Of a stretch of DNA of 64,000 nucleotides, positions 19,245 through 28,782 are shown one piece after another. The notes under the pieces are model-generated. The model worked only from the letters and a program-made list of their open reading frames with translations, was not told the DNA's origin and did not search any database. The stretch is from an uncultured Pelagibacteraceae bacterium (lineage in GTDB: Bacteria; Pseudomonadota; Alphaproteobacteria; Pelagibacterales; AG-422-B15). The stretch's first letter is position 1; the number at the start of each line of letters is the position of its first letter. A program made the translations under genes and the position numbers. The stretch spans positions 82,706-146,705 of the forward strand of contig CACNCV010000001.1 of assembly GCA_902619105.1 (NCBI GenBank), given 5' to 3'.

Positions 19245-19844
19245 ATGAACGTACTAAAAATTGAGGATTTGAGCTGTAAAAGAGGAGAAAGCAAAGTTCT
19301 CAATAATATTAATCTTACTATTAAGTCTGGTGAAACATTGGTTATAAAAGGACGAAATGGTTCTGGTAAAACTACCCTCTTAAGAATTTTATCCAATTTT
19401 ATCACATCCTATCAGGGCAAGGTATCATTGAATGATCTGAATATACTTGAGGACAATTTATATAATAATAAGTTTAACCTCATTGGCCAAAAGAACTCTC
19501 TTAAAGATAATCTTTCAATAAAAAAAAATTTAGAGCTATGGGATATTATCTTTAATGAAACTCTTGATCATGCAAAATTACTGGAACACGATAATCTGGA
19601 TCATTTAATTAATAGAGATGTTGGCTCATTAAGTGATGGTCAAAAAAAATGTATTTCTCTCCACAGACTAAACTATAATAAATATGAATTTTGGTTTTTA
19701 GATGAACCGTTTGTTTATCTTGATGAAGTCAACACAAACTCACTAATAGAAAAAATTAATCGGTTTAACAAAAATATGGGAATAGTTATACTTACTTCTA
19801 ATATTAACTTGCCAAAAAAATTTCATAAGGAAGTTAATATCTAA
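19245..19844 (+). CDS. ccmA: Heme ABC exporter ATP-binding subunit CcmA
   Basis: Walker A GRNGSGKTT, signature LSDGQKK, Walker B WFLDEP; first gene of the ccm operon. Confidence 0.88.
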   Translation: MNVLKIEDLSCKRGESKVLNNINLTIKSGETLVIKGRNGSGKTTLLRILSNFITSYQGKVSLNDLNILEDNLYNNKFNLIGQKNSLKDNLSIKKNLELWDIIFNETLDHAKLLEHDNLDHLINRDVGSLSDGQKKCISLHRLNYNKYEFWFLDEPFVYLDEVNTNSLIEKINRFNKNMGIVILTSNINLPKKFHKEVNI

Positions 19845-19845
19845 T

Positions 19846-20469
19846 ATGTTAAACTTAATTAAAAGGGATCTATTATTATCGTTTTATTCAAGTGCTAATT
19901 TCTTTTTCACAGTATCTTTCTTTGTACTAATTTTAATATTAATTCCATTTGCCTTTGGTACTCAAAGTGATCAGCTTAAACTTTTGTTTAAAGGTGTAGT
20001 TTGGATTGCACTAGCTTTATCAATCATAATTACAGTTGATAGAATTTATAACGCTGATTATGAAGATGGTAATTTAGATATTATTATGCAGAAAAATAGG
20101 ACGATAGAGTATTTAGTAATCAGCAAATATGTTACCCATTGGTTTATTTACTGCCTTCCACTCTTAGTAATCCTACCAATATTGAGTTTTCTATTTTATT
20201 TGGATTATTTAGAGACTATACAAATATTTATAAACTTATTCATAGGTTCATTTGGCATGGTTTTCATTGCGAATTTTGTTAGCGCACTAACGCTTGGTGC
20301 CAAAAGAACAATTTTTTTGAAAGCAATTATAATGATACCGCTATTTGTACCTTTTATCATTTTTGGCTCTGATGCTGGTTCTTGGTCAATTCTATTAGGA
20401 TTATCAATGCTTTCTTTTGTTATCTCTATATATGTAACCGCTTATGGTCTGCGTCTTTATGGAGAGTAG
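19846..20469 (+). CDS. ccmB: Heme exporter permease CcmB
   Basis: Hydrophobic throughout; DYEDG.LD and SKY..HW motifs. Confidence 0.88.
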   Translation: MLNLIKRDLLLSFYSSANFFFTVSFFVLILILIPFAFGTQSDQLKLLFKGVVWIALALSIIITVDRIYNADYEDGNLDIIMQKNRTIEYLVISKYVTHWFIYCLPLLVILPILSFLFYLDYLETIQIFINLFIGSFGMVFIANFVSALTLGAKRTIFLKAIIMIPLFVPFIIFGSDAGSWSILLGLSMLSFVISIYVTAYGLRLYGE

Positions 20470-20503
20470 GCAATGCCTCAAGTCGTTATATATATATTAG
20501 AAA

Positions 20504-21205
20504 ATGTATATCAAAATTAATAATAATCATATTGAGCTTATCAAGTCTGCAAATCCATACTTAATTTTTGCGACAACTTTTGTATTTATTATAGGTTTAT
20601 ACTATTCACTTTTTCAGTCTCCTCCAGATTATATTCAAGGAGACTCGATGAGAATTATGTATATTCATGTTCCTTCTGCATGGTTTGCTCTTATGACTTA
20701 CTCAATTTTAGCTGGTTCATGCGTTCTTTGGTTTATAACCCGAAACCCCCTTTTTAATGTTGTTGCAAGATCAATTGCTCAAGTAGGAATGGTTTTTACT
20801 TTAATGTCATTGATTACTGGAAGTATATGGGGCAAGCCTACATGGGGTGTATGGTGGGTATGGGACGCAAGACTAACTTCTATGTTAATATTATTTTTTC
20901 TTTACATCGCTTATATCTTTCTTTGGCAGGCTATATCAAATAAGGAGCTTGCTTCAAAAATATCAGCGGCACTAGCAATAATAGGTTTTATCAATATACC
21001 AATAATTAAATTTTCAGTTGATTGGTGGAACACTTTGCATCAACCTGCTTCAATTTCAAAACTTTCTGCACCAAGTATTGATGTAAGTATGCTAATTCCA
21101 TTATTTTTAATGACAGCTGCCTGTTTTTTATTTCTAGTAACAGTATCATTAATTAGATTCAGACTTGTTCTGATTGAAAATAAAATGTTAAGGACCAGCA
21201 ACTAA
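20504..21205 (+). CDS. ccmC: Heme exporter / cytochrome c biogenesis protein CcmC
   Basis: YIHVPSAW, WWD-domain WGKPTWGVWWVWDARLT and WWNTLHQ motifs. Confidence 0.96.
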   Translation: MYIKINNNHIELIKSANPYLIFATTFVFIIGLYYSLFQSPPDYIQGDSMRIMYIHVPSAWFALMTYSILAGSCVLWFITRNPLFNVVARSIAQVGMVFTLMSLITGSIWGKPTWGVWWVWDARLTSMLILFFLYIAYIFLWQAISNKELASKISAALAIIGFINIPIIKFSVDWWNTLHQPASISKLSAPSIDVSMLIPLFLMTAACFLFLVTVSLIRFRLVLIENKMLRTSN

Positions 21206-21360
21206 TGAATGAATTATTAGATATGGGTGGATACGCAATCTTTGTTTGGTCCTCATATGGTATTTTTTTCTTTTCTTTAATTATATTTCTTTTAATCAAT
21301 ATATTAAATTTAAGGAAATACGAAAAAATTTTTAATAAAACAAAAAAGAAAATTGACTAG
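21205..21360 (+). CDS. ccmD: Heme exporter protein CcmD (51 aa, absent from the ORF track)
   Basis: ATG overlaps the ccmC stop (TAATG). Translates MNELLDMGGYAIFVWSSYGIFFFSLIIFLLINILNLRKYEKIFNKTKKKID, with the CcmD signature MGGY..FVW.SYG, one TM helix and a basic tail. Confidence 0.9.
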   Translation: MNELLDMGGYAIFVWSSYGIFFFSLIIFLLINILNLRKYEKIFNKTKKKID

Positions 21361-21790
21361 TTTAGTAAAAAGCAGATTAATTAAATTCCTCTTAAGTTTA
21401 ATTATTGTTTTAATTGCAGTATTGATAATTATTTTTAATTTAAGGGATAATATAATTTATTTTTACGGCCCAACTGAACTTTTGAAAAATCCAGATAAAC
21501 AAGGTCAAATAATGAGGTTGGGTGGCCTTGTATCTGTAGACTCCGTTCAAAACGAAACTGACAGCATCTTTTATTTCAGTATTACTGACGGTGATAACGA
21601 AATTGAAGTTAAATACGAAGGTATTCTGCCAAATTTATTTGCTGAGGATAAGGGGGTAGTTGTTGAGGGGGTTTACATGAATGATGGTAGATTTATTGCA
21701 AATAAAGTCTTAGCTAAGCATGACGAAAACTATATGCCTCCTGAAGTCATGGAAACACTTAAAAAATCTGGTAAATGGCAGGGTGAATGA
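21353..21790 (+). CDS. ccmE: Heme chaperone CcmE
   Basis: Y.GILPNLF.E..GVVVEG and the heme-binding LAKHDENYMPPE motif. Confidence 0.96.
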   Translation: MTSLVKSRLIKFLLSLIIVLIAVLIIIFNLRDNIIYFYGPTELLKNPDKQGQIMRLGGLVSVDSVQNETDSIFYFSITDGDNEIEVKYEGILPNLFAEDKGVVVEGVYMNDGRFIANKVLAKHDENYMPPEVMETLKKSGKWQGE

Positions 21791-23688
21791 GTTTATATAT
21801 TTTTTATATTTCAAATTTTTTACTACTTCTTTGTCTAACTGCATCACTAATGCAGTCTAGTAAAATTATAAATAATAAAATATTCACTAGACCTAGTGTT
21901 ATTGTGCTGGCCTATGTACAGTTAATCTCAATACTATCTTCTTTTTTAATTCTAATTTATCTTTTTCTCATTTCAGATTTTAATTTTGATTTAGTTTATT
22001 TCAATTCTCATTCTGAAAAACCACTTATATATAAATTCTCTGGCGTTTGGGGAAATCATGAAGGAAGTATGCTTTTATGGATATTAATTTTGGTCTTATT
22101 TAATTTTTTATTTGCCCTTTCGAGAAGAACTTCAGAACGCTTTAAAGAGATAACAGTTGCGATACAGAGTATTATGATCTTTGGATTTGTCGCATTTTTA
22201 TTTTTTTTATCAAATCCATTTACATTAAATCAAAATAATTTTTTTGACGGGATTGGTTTAAATCCTATTTTACAGGATCCACTCTTAGCAATACATCCAC
22301 CTGTATTGTATGTAGGCTATGTTGGTTTTTCTCTGGTATTTAGTCAAGCAATCACAGGATTAATTACTAAAGAAGTTGATCAGCAATGGGCTTCAATTGT
22401 TAAACCTTGGGTTTTTTCTGCATGGGCGTTTCTTACAGCTGGGATAGCCTTAGGCTCATTTTGGGCATATTATGAACTTGGCTGGGGTGGCTACTGGTTT
22501 TGGGATCCAGTTGAGAATGCATCGCTAATGCCGTGGATAGCTGCAACTGCATTAATTCACTGCGTATTGATACTTCAGAAAAGAAATGTAATGCAATCCT
22601 GGACTGTTATTTTAGCCATACTTACATTTTCACTGAGTTTAGTTGGAACATTTCTTGTCCGGTCTGGAATTCTAAACTCAGTTCACACCTTCGCTAGTGA
22701 TCCTGGAAGAGGTTTATTCATTTTATTATTTATTTTTCTTATACTTGCCTTTTCTTTTAGCTTATTTGCCTTCAACTCTGAAAAAATTAATAAGACAAGT
22801 AGTATGGGTTTGATCAGCAGAGGTACAGGCATACAAGTAAATAATTGGCTTTTGATAACCATATTAACAATTGTTTTTTTGGGAACCATGTATCCTCTTG
22901 CAACGGATTTATTACTTAATAAGAGCTTAACTGTTGGACCAAAATATTATTCAACGACTATTGCCCCCATCATAATACTTTTCCTCTTTTTTATGTTTAT
23001 TTCTCCACGTTTAGGATGGACTGACACAAAACTCTATAAAATAATAATTCAATTGCGATATCTCATCATTACATCATTAACTATAACATTGATAATCAGT
23101 CTATATTTTGAACTATTTAATTTGACTGAAATCCTAATTATTTTTTTTAGTTTACTTTTAATAATTTCTTCTATGACAGCTAGTATAAACTTTAATAAGC
23201 AAAATATTTTAGTAAGAACTAACTTAGGCCAAAATCTTGCACACGCTGGATTTGGTATCTTGATGATGGCAGTTGTAAGTAATGCTGTATATTCTGAGGA
23301 GAGAATTTATAACGCTAAAGTTGGAGATAATTTACAATTGAAAAAATATATTTTTAGTTTTGATAAAATAGAGCAAATTGAGGAAAGCAATTATAATTCA
23401 CTAAAAGCATATTTTCAGATGAAAAAGGATGGTAAGTTAGTAGATACATTCACTCCTGAAATCAGATTTTATTCAAACCCACCTACAATTACTTCAGAAG
23501 CAAGTATTTTGCATAAGTTTTTTTCTGATATTTACCTTGTCATGAATGTTCCTCAAGATCAGCAGTCAATAAGTGTCAGAATGCATATCAAACCTTTCAT
23601 GACAATACTTTGGTTAGGTACATTAATGATAATCATTGGTGGGATTATATCTGCTTCTATAAGAATCGGACGTTTCGATGAAAAGTAA
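21787..23688 (+). CDS. ccmF: Cytochrome c heme lyase CcmF
   Basis: WGNHEGSMLLW, HPPVLYVGY, WAYYELGWGGYWFWDPVEN and SVHTFA motifs. Confidence 0.96.
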   Translation: MSLYIFYISNFLLLLCLTASLMQSSKIINNKIFTRPSVIVLAYVQLISILSSFLILIYLFLISDFNFDLVYFNSHSEKPLIYKFSGVWGNHEGSMLLWILILVLFNFLFALSRRTSERFKEITVAIQSIMIFGFVAFLFFLSNPFTLNQNNFFDGIGLNPILQDPLLAIHPPVLYVGYVGFSLVFSQAITGLITKEVDQQWASIVKPWVFSAWAFLTAGIALGSFWAYYELGWGGYWFWDPVENASLMPWIAATALIHCVLILQKRNVMQSWTVILAILTFSLSLVGTFLVRSGILNSVHTFASDPGRGLFILLFIFLILAFSFSLFAFNSEKINKTSSMGLISRGTGIQVNNWLLITILTIVFLGTMYPLATDLLLNKSLTVGPKYYSTTIAPIIILFLFFMFISPRLGWTDTKLYKIIIQLRYLIITSLTITLIISLYFELFNLTEILIIFFSLLLIISSMTASINFNKQNILVRTNLGQNLAHAGFGILMMAVVSNAVYSEERIYNAKVGDNLQLKKYIFSFDKIEQIEESNYNSLKAYFQMKKDGKLVDTFTPEIRFYSNPPTITSEASILHKFFSDIYLVMNVPQDQQSISVRMHIKPFMTILWLGTLMIIIGGIISASIRIGRFDEK

Positions 23689-24202
23689 CCATTTAAAATT
23701 TTTACCTTTGGTTTTAATAATATTATTAAGTATATTCTTATTTTTTTCTTTAAATAATGACACATCAAAACTTTCAAGTCCTCTTGTTGGAAAAAAAGTG
23801 CCAGAATTTTCATTACCGAACCTTTTTGGGCAGAAAGAGCTTACAAATTTAGACTTAAATAGTGAAAATCCAATTTTATTAAATGTTTGGTCTTCTTGGT
23901 GTATACCATGTCGAGCAGAACACGACATATTAATGGTTTTGTCAGAACTGTATGAAGTAGAAATATTTGGTTTGAATTACAAAGATAATAATGAAGAAGC
24001 AAAAAATTTCATAAATGATCTTGGAAATCCATTTGTCAAAATTGGCTCAGATAATTCAGGAAGAACCTCTATTGATTTGGGAGTTTACGGAGTTCCTGAG
24101 ACTTATATTATTGCCAACGGTATAATTATTTATAAACATATTGGTCCAATTCATATGAATGAGATGGAAGAGAAAATTCTTCCAATAATTAGGGATAATT
24201 GA
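23678..24202 (+). CDS. ccmG: Periplasmic thiol:disulfide oxidoreductase CcmG/DsbE
   Basis: N-terminal anchor; WCIPCRAEH and GVYGVPETY motifs. Confidence 0.95.
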   Translation: MKSNHLKFLPLVLIILLSIFLFFSLNNDTSKLSSPLVGKKVPEFSLPNLFGQKELTNLDLNSENPILLNVWSSWCIPCRAEHDILMVLSELYEVEIFGLNYKDNNEEAKNFINDLGNPFVKIGSDNSGRTSIDLGVYGVPETYIIANGIIIYKHIGPIHMNEMEEKILPIIRDN

Positions 24203-24205
24203 AGT

Positions 24206-24562
24206 ATGATAAAGATAATTAAGATATTTTTACTCCTTTTTTTGCTACAAATTAATGCTTTAGCTGAAGATCCTAGGGCAATTGAGCTTTTTAAAGAGGT
24301 AAGGTGTCTTGTGTGCCAGGGTCAAACAATACACGAGTCTAATGCTGAATTAGCAGAGGATTTAAAAAAACTTATTCGTGAAAAAATTAGTCAAGGTGAG
24401 ACCGATCAGCAAATTAAAGTATATTTAGTCGAAAGATATGGCGATTGGATTTTGATGACACCACCATTTAACAGCTTAACTTATATATTATGGTCTCTTC
24501 CGTTCCTCATAATGTTAATTGGAGCTATTGCAATTTATAGACAAAAAAGAAGCCACGCCTAA
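24206..24562 (+). CDS. ccmH: Cytochrome c biogenesis protein CcmH
   Basis: VRCLVCQGQ (RCxxC), VERYGDWILM.PP and a C-terminal TM helix. Confidence 0.94.
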   Translation: MIKIIKIFLLLFLLQINALAEDPRAIELFKEVRCLVCQGQTIHESNAELAEDLKKLIREKISQGETDQQIKVYLVERYGDWILMTPPFNSLTYILWSLPFLIMLIGAIAIYRQKRSHA

Positions 24563-24634
24563 TTTTCGACAATTTGTAGATATCTTTTAAACAATTTGAA
24601 ATTTTATATTATAGTGTAATTAAAAGAGGTGTTT

Positions 24635-24934
24635 ATGAAATCAAAAATTTTTGCGTTTTTTCTATTTTTTTTCTTAGGTCTGAATTTTACTTTTGCTGGT
24701 GGAATTGATGATGAAGCAAAAGATTATGAGGATGTTGAGCTTACAACAAGGGAAGATATTTCTGAATTTCAAGAGTTACAAGAGCCATTATACGAGAAGC
24801 TTGAAGAAATAACTGCTGATGGATGCGATGGTGAAGGCAACGTTGTTAAATGGTCAGGTGGATGTGTAACTTGGTCAGGTGGTTATATACAAGATGGTGA
24901 AGAGGCCGATAGATTTGTAAGATACGGATCATAA
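24635..24934 (+). CDS. Hypothetical small secreted acidic protein
   Basis: AGAGG Shine-Dalgarno 5 nt before the ATG at 24635; signal peptide; Asp/Glu-rich body with two Cys and two WSGG motifs. Confidence 0.65.
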   Translation: MKSKIFAFFLFFFLGLNFTFAGGIDDEAKDYEDVELTTREDISEFQELQEPLYEKLEEITADGCDGEGNVVKWSGGCVTWSGGYIQDGEEADRFVRYGS

Positions 24935-24944
24935 AAATCTTTTT

Positions 24945-25430
24945 ATGAAAAAATTATTTTTTACAATTTTAATTTTAATATCCTATGGATTTAGTTCCCA
25001 AAGTAATGAAGAAAACATGTGGTCTATTTCATTAGGTCAATTTGATGTAAACGATACAGTTGACTCATTAGAATTAAGATTTGAATATTTGTATGGAAAT
25101 GACTTTTTAAAAAATAATTATGATCTTAAACCTTTCTTGGGTGCTATGAGAAACGGAGATAATGGAAAATATATTTATTCAGGTTTAAGAAAAGATATTG
25201 GAATTACAGAAAAATGGTTTTTTACTCCAAGCTTTGCGTTGGGATATTATGATCGAGGAGATAGTAAAGATTTAGGATATAATCTTGAATTTAGAAGTCA
25301 AATTGAGTTTTCATATAAACTTAAATCAAGTCGAATAGGATTTAATTTAAATCATATATCCAATGCAAGTATTGGTGATACGAATCCTGGCACAGAAAGT
25401 GCAACGATCTCACTCATAAGACCTTTTTAA
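24945..25430 (+). CDS. PagL-like lipid A 3-O-deacylase / acyloxyacyl hydrolase outer-membrane barrel
   Basis: Signal peptide, alternating beta-strands, LEFRSQIE.SY, catalytic HISNA, NPG.E and a terminal Phe. Confidence 0.85.
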   Translation: MKKLFFTILILISYGFSSQSNEENMWSISLGQFDVNDTVDSLELRFEYLYGNDFLKNNYDLKPFLGAMRNGDNGKYIYSGLRKDIGITEKWFFTPSFALGYYDRGDSKDLGYNLEFRSQIEFSYKLKSSRIGFNLNHISNASIGDTNPGTESATISLIRPF

Positions 25431-26299
25431 TTTTTAATAAAATTATTGGAAAATTGCTCAGGATCAAAATCAATAAGATCACTGATTTGCTCACCACTAC
25501 CAATTGCTAAAATTGGTATATTTGTTTTATTTGAAATTGATACAAGTGTCCCTCCTGCTGCATTGGAGTCAAATTTCGTCATAATAATCCCAGTTATTTT
25601 GGTAAATTTATTAAATTCTTCCACTTGTTTTAAGGCATTTTGCCCTGTAGTGGCGTCAATCGAAATTATTGAATCATGAGGAAGTGTTTCATCGTATTTT
25701 TTAAGCACTCGGTCAATTTTTCCTAATTGATCCATTAAATCAGTTTTGTTCTGAAGTCTTCCAGCTGTATCAATTATAACTACGTCAATATTATTTTTAT
25801 TTGCATATTCAATTGACTTAAATACCACACTTGCTGGGTCAGATTTATCAGCATCTCTCATAAAGTCCGTTCCTATTTTATCAGCCCATTCATTCAATTG
25901 TTCTGCAGCCGCCGCTCTAAAGGTATCAGCAGCAACCAACAGAACATTCTTTTTTTCTTGTTGAAATTGATTTGCCAATTTTGCAATTGTTGTAGTTTTA
26001 CCTGAACCATTTACTCCTACCATCAACATAACGTAGGGTTTTGTATTATTTTTATAGTCAATTTTATTTGTATTTGTGGATACAATTTCATTTATAATTT
26101 TACTAAGAGACGATTGAATTTCTTCCAGAGAAGGAGCATTAGAAAATTTTTCTTTTCCTAATTTTGTCGTAATGAGTTCTGATGTTTCAACATCAACGTC
26201 AGAAGTAATAAGAAGATCCTCAAAATCCTGTATTGTATTTTGATCAATTTTTTGATTTGCAAATACTTTTGCTAGGCCAGATTTTAAACTCTTAAACAA
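25427..26299 (-). CDS. ftsY: SRP receptor FtsY (NG domain only)
   Basis: GVNGSGKTTT, DTFRAAA and DTAGRLQNK motifs. Confidence 0.95.
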   Translation of the reverse strand: MFKSLKSGLAKVFANQKIDQNTIQDFEDLLITSDVDVETSELITTKLGKEKFSNAPSLEEIQSSLSKIINEIVSTNTNKIDYKNNTKPYVMLMVGVNGSGKTTTIAKLANQFQQEKKNVLLVAADTFRAAAAEQLNEWADKIGTDFMRDADKSDPASVVFKSIEYANKNNIDVVIIDTAGRLQNKTDLMDQLGKIDRVLKKYDETLPHDSIISIDATTGQNALKQVEEFNKFTKITGIIMTKFDSNAAGGTLVSISNKTNIPILAIGSGEQISDLIDFDPEQFSNNFIKN

Positions 26300-27548
26300 T
26301 TATATTTCCAATTAAGCCTTCTCGGCGCTTTCCAGTTACAAGCATTTTTATTATTTTACCCGCCTCAAAATTATCATCGAGGCAGACCTTGGCAAATGTA
26401 TCTGACCTACCCTGATTTTGACTTTCCACAATAAGGTTGATCTCTTTATTCTTAAGCTTATCGTAGTGCTCGATAATCTTTCTCTCGCCAATATTTCTGA
26501 GTATTTTTGCTCTTTTTTTTATAATTTCTCGATCTATTTGAGGCATTCTAGCAGCGGGCGTTCCATCTCTTGGTGAAAATGGAAATACGTGCAAAAAAGT
26601 AATATTACATTCATCTATAAGTCGCACTGAATTTAGAAACATTTCCTCCGTCTCTGTTGGAAATCCAGCAATTAAATCTGCACCAAATACAATATCAGGT
26701 CTAACAGTTCTGATGCGTTCTATTGCATTAATTGCATCTTCTCTTGAATGTCTTCTTTTCATTCTTTTTAAAATCATATTATCGCCAGCCTGCAGAGATA
26801 AATGAATATGAGGAAGTAAACGTTTCTCACTTCCGTATAGATTTATTAATTCATCATCTATTTCTGCAATATCAAGTGATGATAGTCTAAGTCTATTAAG
26901 TTGAGGCAACTTATTAAGAATAATTTTTACTAATTTTGATAATGAAATTTTTTTCTCTAAATCACTACCGTAGCTTGTGAGATCAACGCCAGTTAGCACT
27001 ATCTCCTTGTAGTTCTTCTCTAGAAGTAACTTTATTTGTTTTATAATATTTTTTGGATCTACACTTCTTGAATTACCGCGTCCATATGGAATAATACAAA
27101 ATGTACACCTATGATCACATCCATTTTGTATTTGCACAAATCCTCTTATTCTGTTTTTAACCTTACTTATAATTGGTGAAATTGCCTGTTCATTTTCAAA
27201 TATATCTCCTACTAAATTTACTGGCTTATTACTCTCTCTTATAGTTTTATAGGTTAAGGATTCTAATTTTTCTTTATTTCCAATGACGGAGTCAACTTCT
27301 CTCATTGCTTCAAAATCTTTTTTATGTATCTGTGCAGCACAACCAGTAAGAACAACTTGACTTTGTTGATTTTCTTTTTTTACTTTCCTAATTTCATTTT
27401 TCAGATCAGCTATAGTTTTATTTGTAACTGCACAACTATTAATAAAAATGTGGTTTTGAAGATTGTTATCTTTTGCGTATTTTCTTATAACTTCAGACTC
27501 ATAAAAATTCAGTCTGCACCCGTAAGTTTTAATTTCTGGATCTTTCAT
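26292..27548 (-). CDS. mtaB: tRNA threonylcarbamoyladenosine methylthiotransferase MtaB
   Basis: TYGCRLNFYESE, NSCAVT, QNGCDHRCTFC and D.I.GFPTET motifs; next to dapF/ftsY. Confidence 0.92.
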   Translation of the reverse strand: MKDPEIKTYGCRLNFYESEVIRKYAKDNNLQNHIFINSCAVTNKTIADLKNEIRKVKKENQQSQVVLTGCAAQIHKKDFEAMREVDSVIGNKEKLESLTYKTIRESNKPVNLVGDIFENEQAISPIISKVKNRIRGFVQIQNGCDHRCTFCIIPYGRGNSRSVDPKNIIKQIKLLLEKNYKEIVLTGVDLTSYGSDLEKKISLSKLVKIILNKLPQLNRLRLSSLDIAEIDDELINLYGSEKRLLPHIHLSLQAGDNMILKRMKRRHSREDAINAIERIRTVRPDIVFGADLIAGFPTETEEMFLNSVRLIDECNITFLHVFPFSPRDGTPAARMPQIDREIIKKRAKILRNIGERKIIEHYDKLKNKEINLIVESQNQGRSDTFAKVCLDDNFEAGKIIKMLVTGKRREGLIGNIIV

Positions 27549-27903
27549 TACTTATTTGATTTCGATTTTTTAAATATAAAGCAAATGCAAGAACTTCATA
27601 CAATATATGACTCATATGATAGATAAGAGGTAATTTAATAAAATTATAAAGCCATCTATACCTTGGAAGTTGAGACCATATCAGTAAAAAAGCATCAATT
27701 CCTTCTAATATCTTTCCATCATGTTTAGCATGAAGACGTCTTATCAATTGACTGGGTTCTTTTGAGGTTTCCTTTTCAGCAACTTTATTTTGAGTAATAT
27801 CGACCCAATCAATAACATTATTAAGTTTCTTATAGTGGTTTATTTCAAACCTACAGATACTGCATGAGTTATTGAAGTATATTTTAGTATTTTTATTTCT
27901 CAC
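27529..27903 (-). CDS. DUF393 / DCC1-like thiol-disulfide oxidoreductase
   Basis: YFNNSCSIC (CxxC) and G.DAF..IW motifs. Confidence 0.82.
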   Translation of the reverse strand: MRNKNTKIYFNNSCSICRFEINHYKKLNNVIDWVDITQNKVAEKETSKEPSQLIRRLHAKHDGKILEGIDAFLLIWSQLPRYRWLYNFIKLPLIYHMSHILYEVLAFALYLKNRNQISNERSRN

Positions 27904-28745
27904 AGCTTATATTTATCAGTAAAATTTATCTCAGTTGGACCCGTCATAATAATATTGTCACTACTTTTGTAATATATTTCTAAATCACCCCCTGGCAATG
28001 TTACTGTCACCTTATTTTTTATCAATCCCATTTCAATTCCTGCTACAGCTGTTGCACAAGCAGCCGTACCACAAGCATTTGTTTTTCCTGCACCCCTTTC
28101 CCATACGTTTAGTACAATGTGATTATCACTTTTTAACTTTGCAAAACTCACATTTATTTTTTCAGGAAATAAATTATCATTTTCAATTAATGATCCAAAA
28201 ATTTCAACATCATATTTCTCGATTTCATCATCAAAAAAAATAATATGTGGATTACCAATGTTAACTAAAAATGGTTTTTTTAGAGTAAGGTCTCTGATTG
28301 AAAAATTTATATCCAATGGATCGATATCTTTAGTTAAAGGGATTTCGTTCCATTCGAATTTTGGCTTACCCATATTTACACTTACTGTGACATCATCAAT
28401 CTTTTCACATGCAATTGTTCTTTCACGTGTTGTCAAGTTTATTTTATTACTCTTTGTTTCTTTCATTAAAAAGTTTGCAACACAACGCGAACCATTTCCA
28501 CAAGCATCTATTTCACTTCCATCTGAATTAAAAAATTTAACCAGTGGATTGCTGTTATCTTGCGACTTCCTAATCATGATTAGTTGATCGCAGCCAACGC
28601 CGTCTGTTCTGTTACAAATTAATTTTATTTGTTCTTCTGATAAATCAAATTCAGATACTCTTTGGTCAATAACAATAAAATCATTTCCCAGACCATTCAT
28701 CTTTACGAACTGAAACTCGTGCATAAACACTTTATATTGAGCCAA
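27900..28745 (-). CDS. dapF: Diaminopimelate epimerase
   Basis: KMNGLGNDF, GVGCDQ, ACGNGSRC, VNIGNPH and WERGAG.T.ACGT motifs. The true start may be a downstream ATG (MHEFQF). Confidence 0.96.
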   Translation of the reverse strand: MAQYKVFMHEFQFVKMNGLGNDFIVIDQRVSEFDLSEEQIKLICNRTDGVGCDQLIMIRKSQDNSNPLVKFFNSDGSEIDACGNGSRCVANFLMKETKSNKINLTTRERTIACEKIDDVTVSVNMGKPKFEWNEIPLTKDIDPLDINFSIRDLTLKKPFLVNIGNPHIIFFDDEIEKYDVEIFGSLIENDNLFPEKINVSFAKLKSDNHIVLNVWERGAGKTNACGTAACATAVAGIEMGLIKNKVTVTLPGGDLEIYYKSSDNIIMTGPTEINFTDKYKL

Positions 28746-28782
28746 TTTTGATTTTTCCAGTAAATAAGAAATTAAATGAATC

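Noticed and set aside
20487-20497. (TA)n run between ccmB and ccmC as a possible phase-variation tract
   Set aside because: It is short and intergenic, and CcmC is complete from the ATG at 20504.
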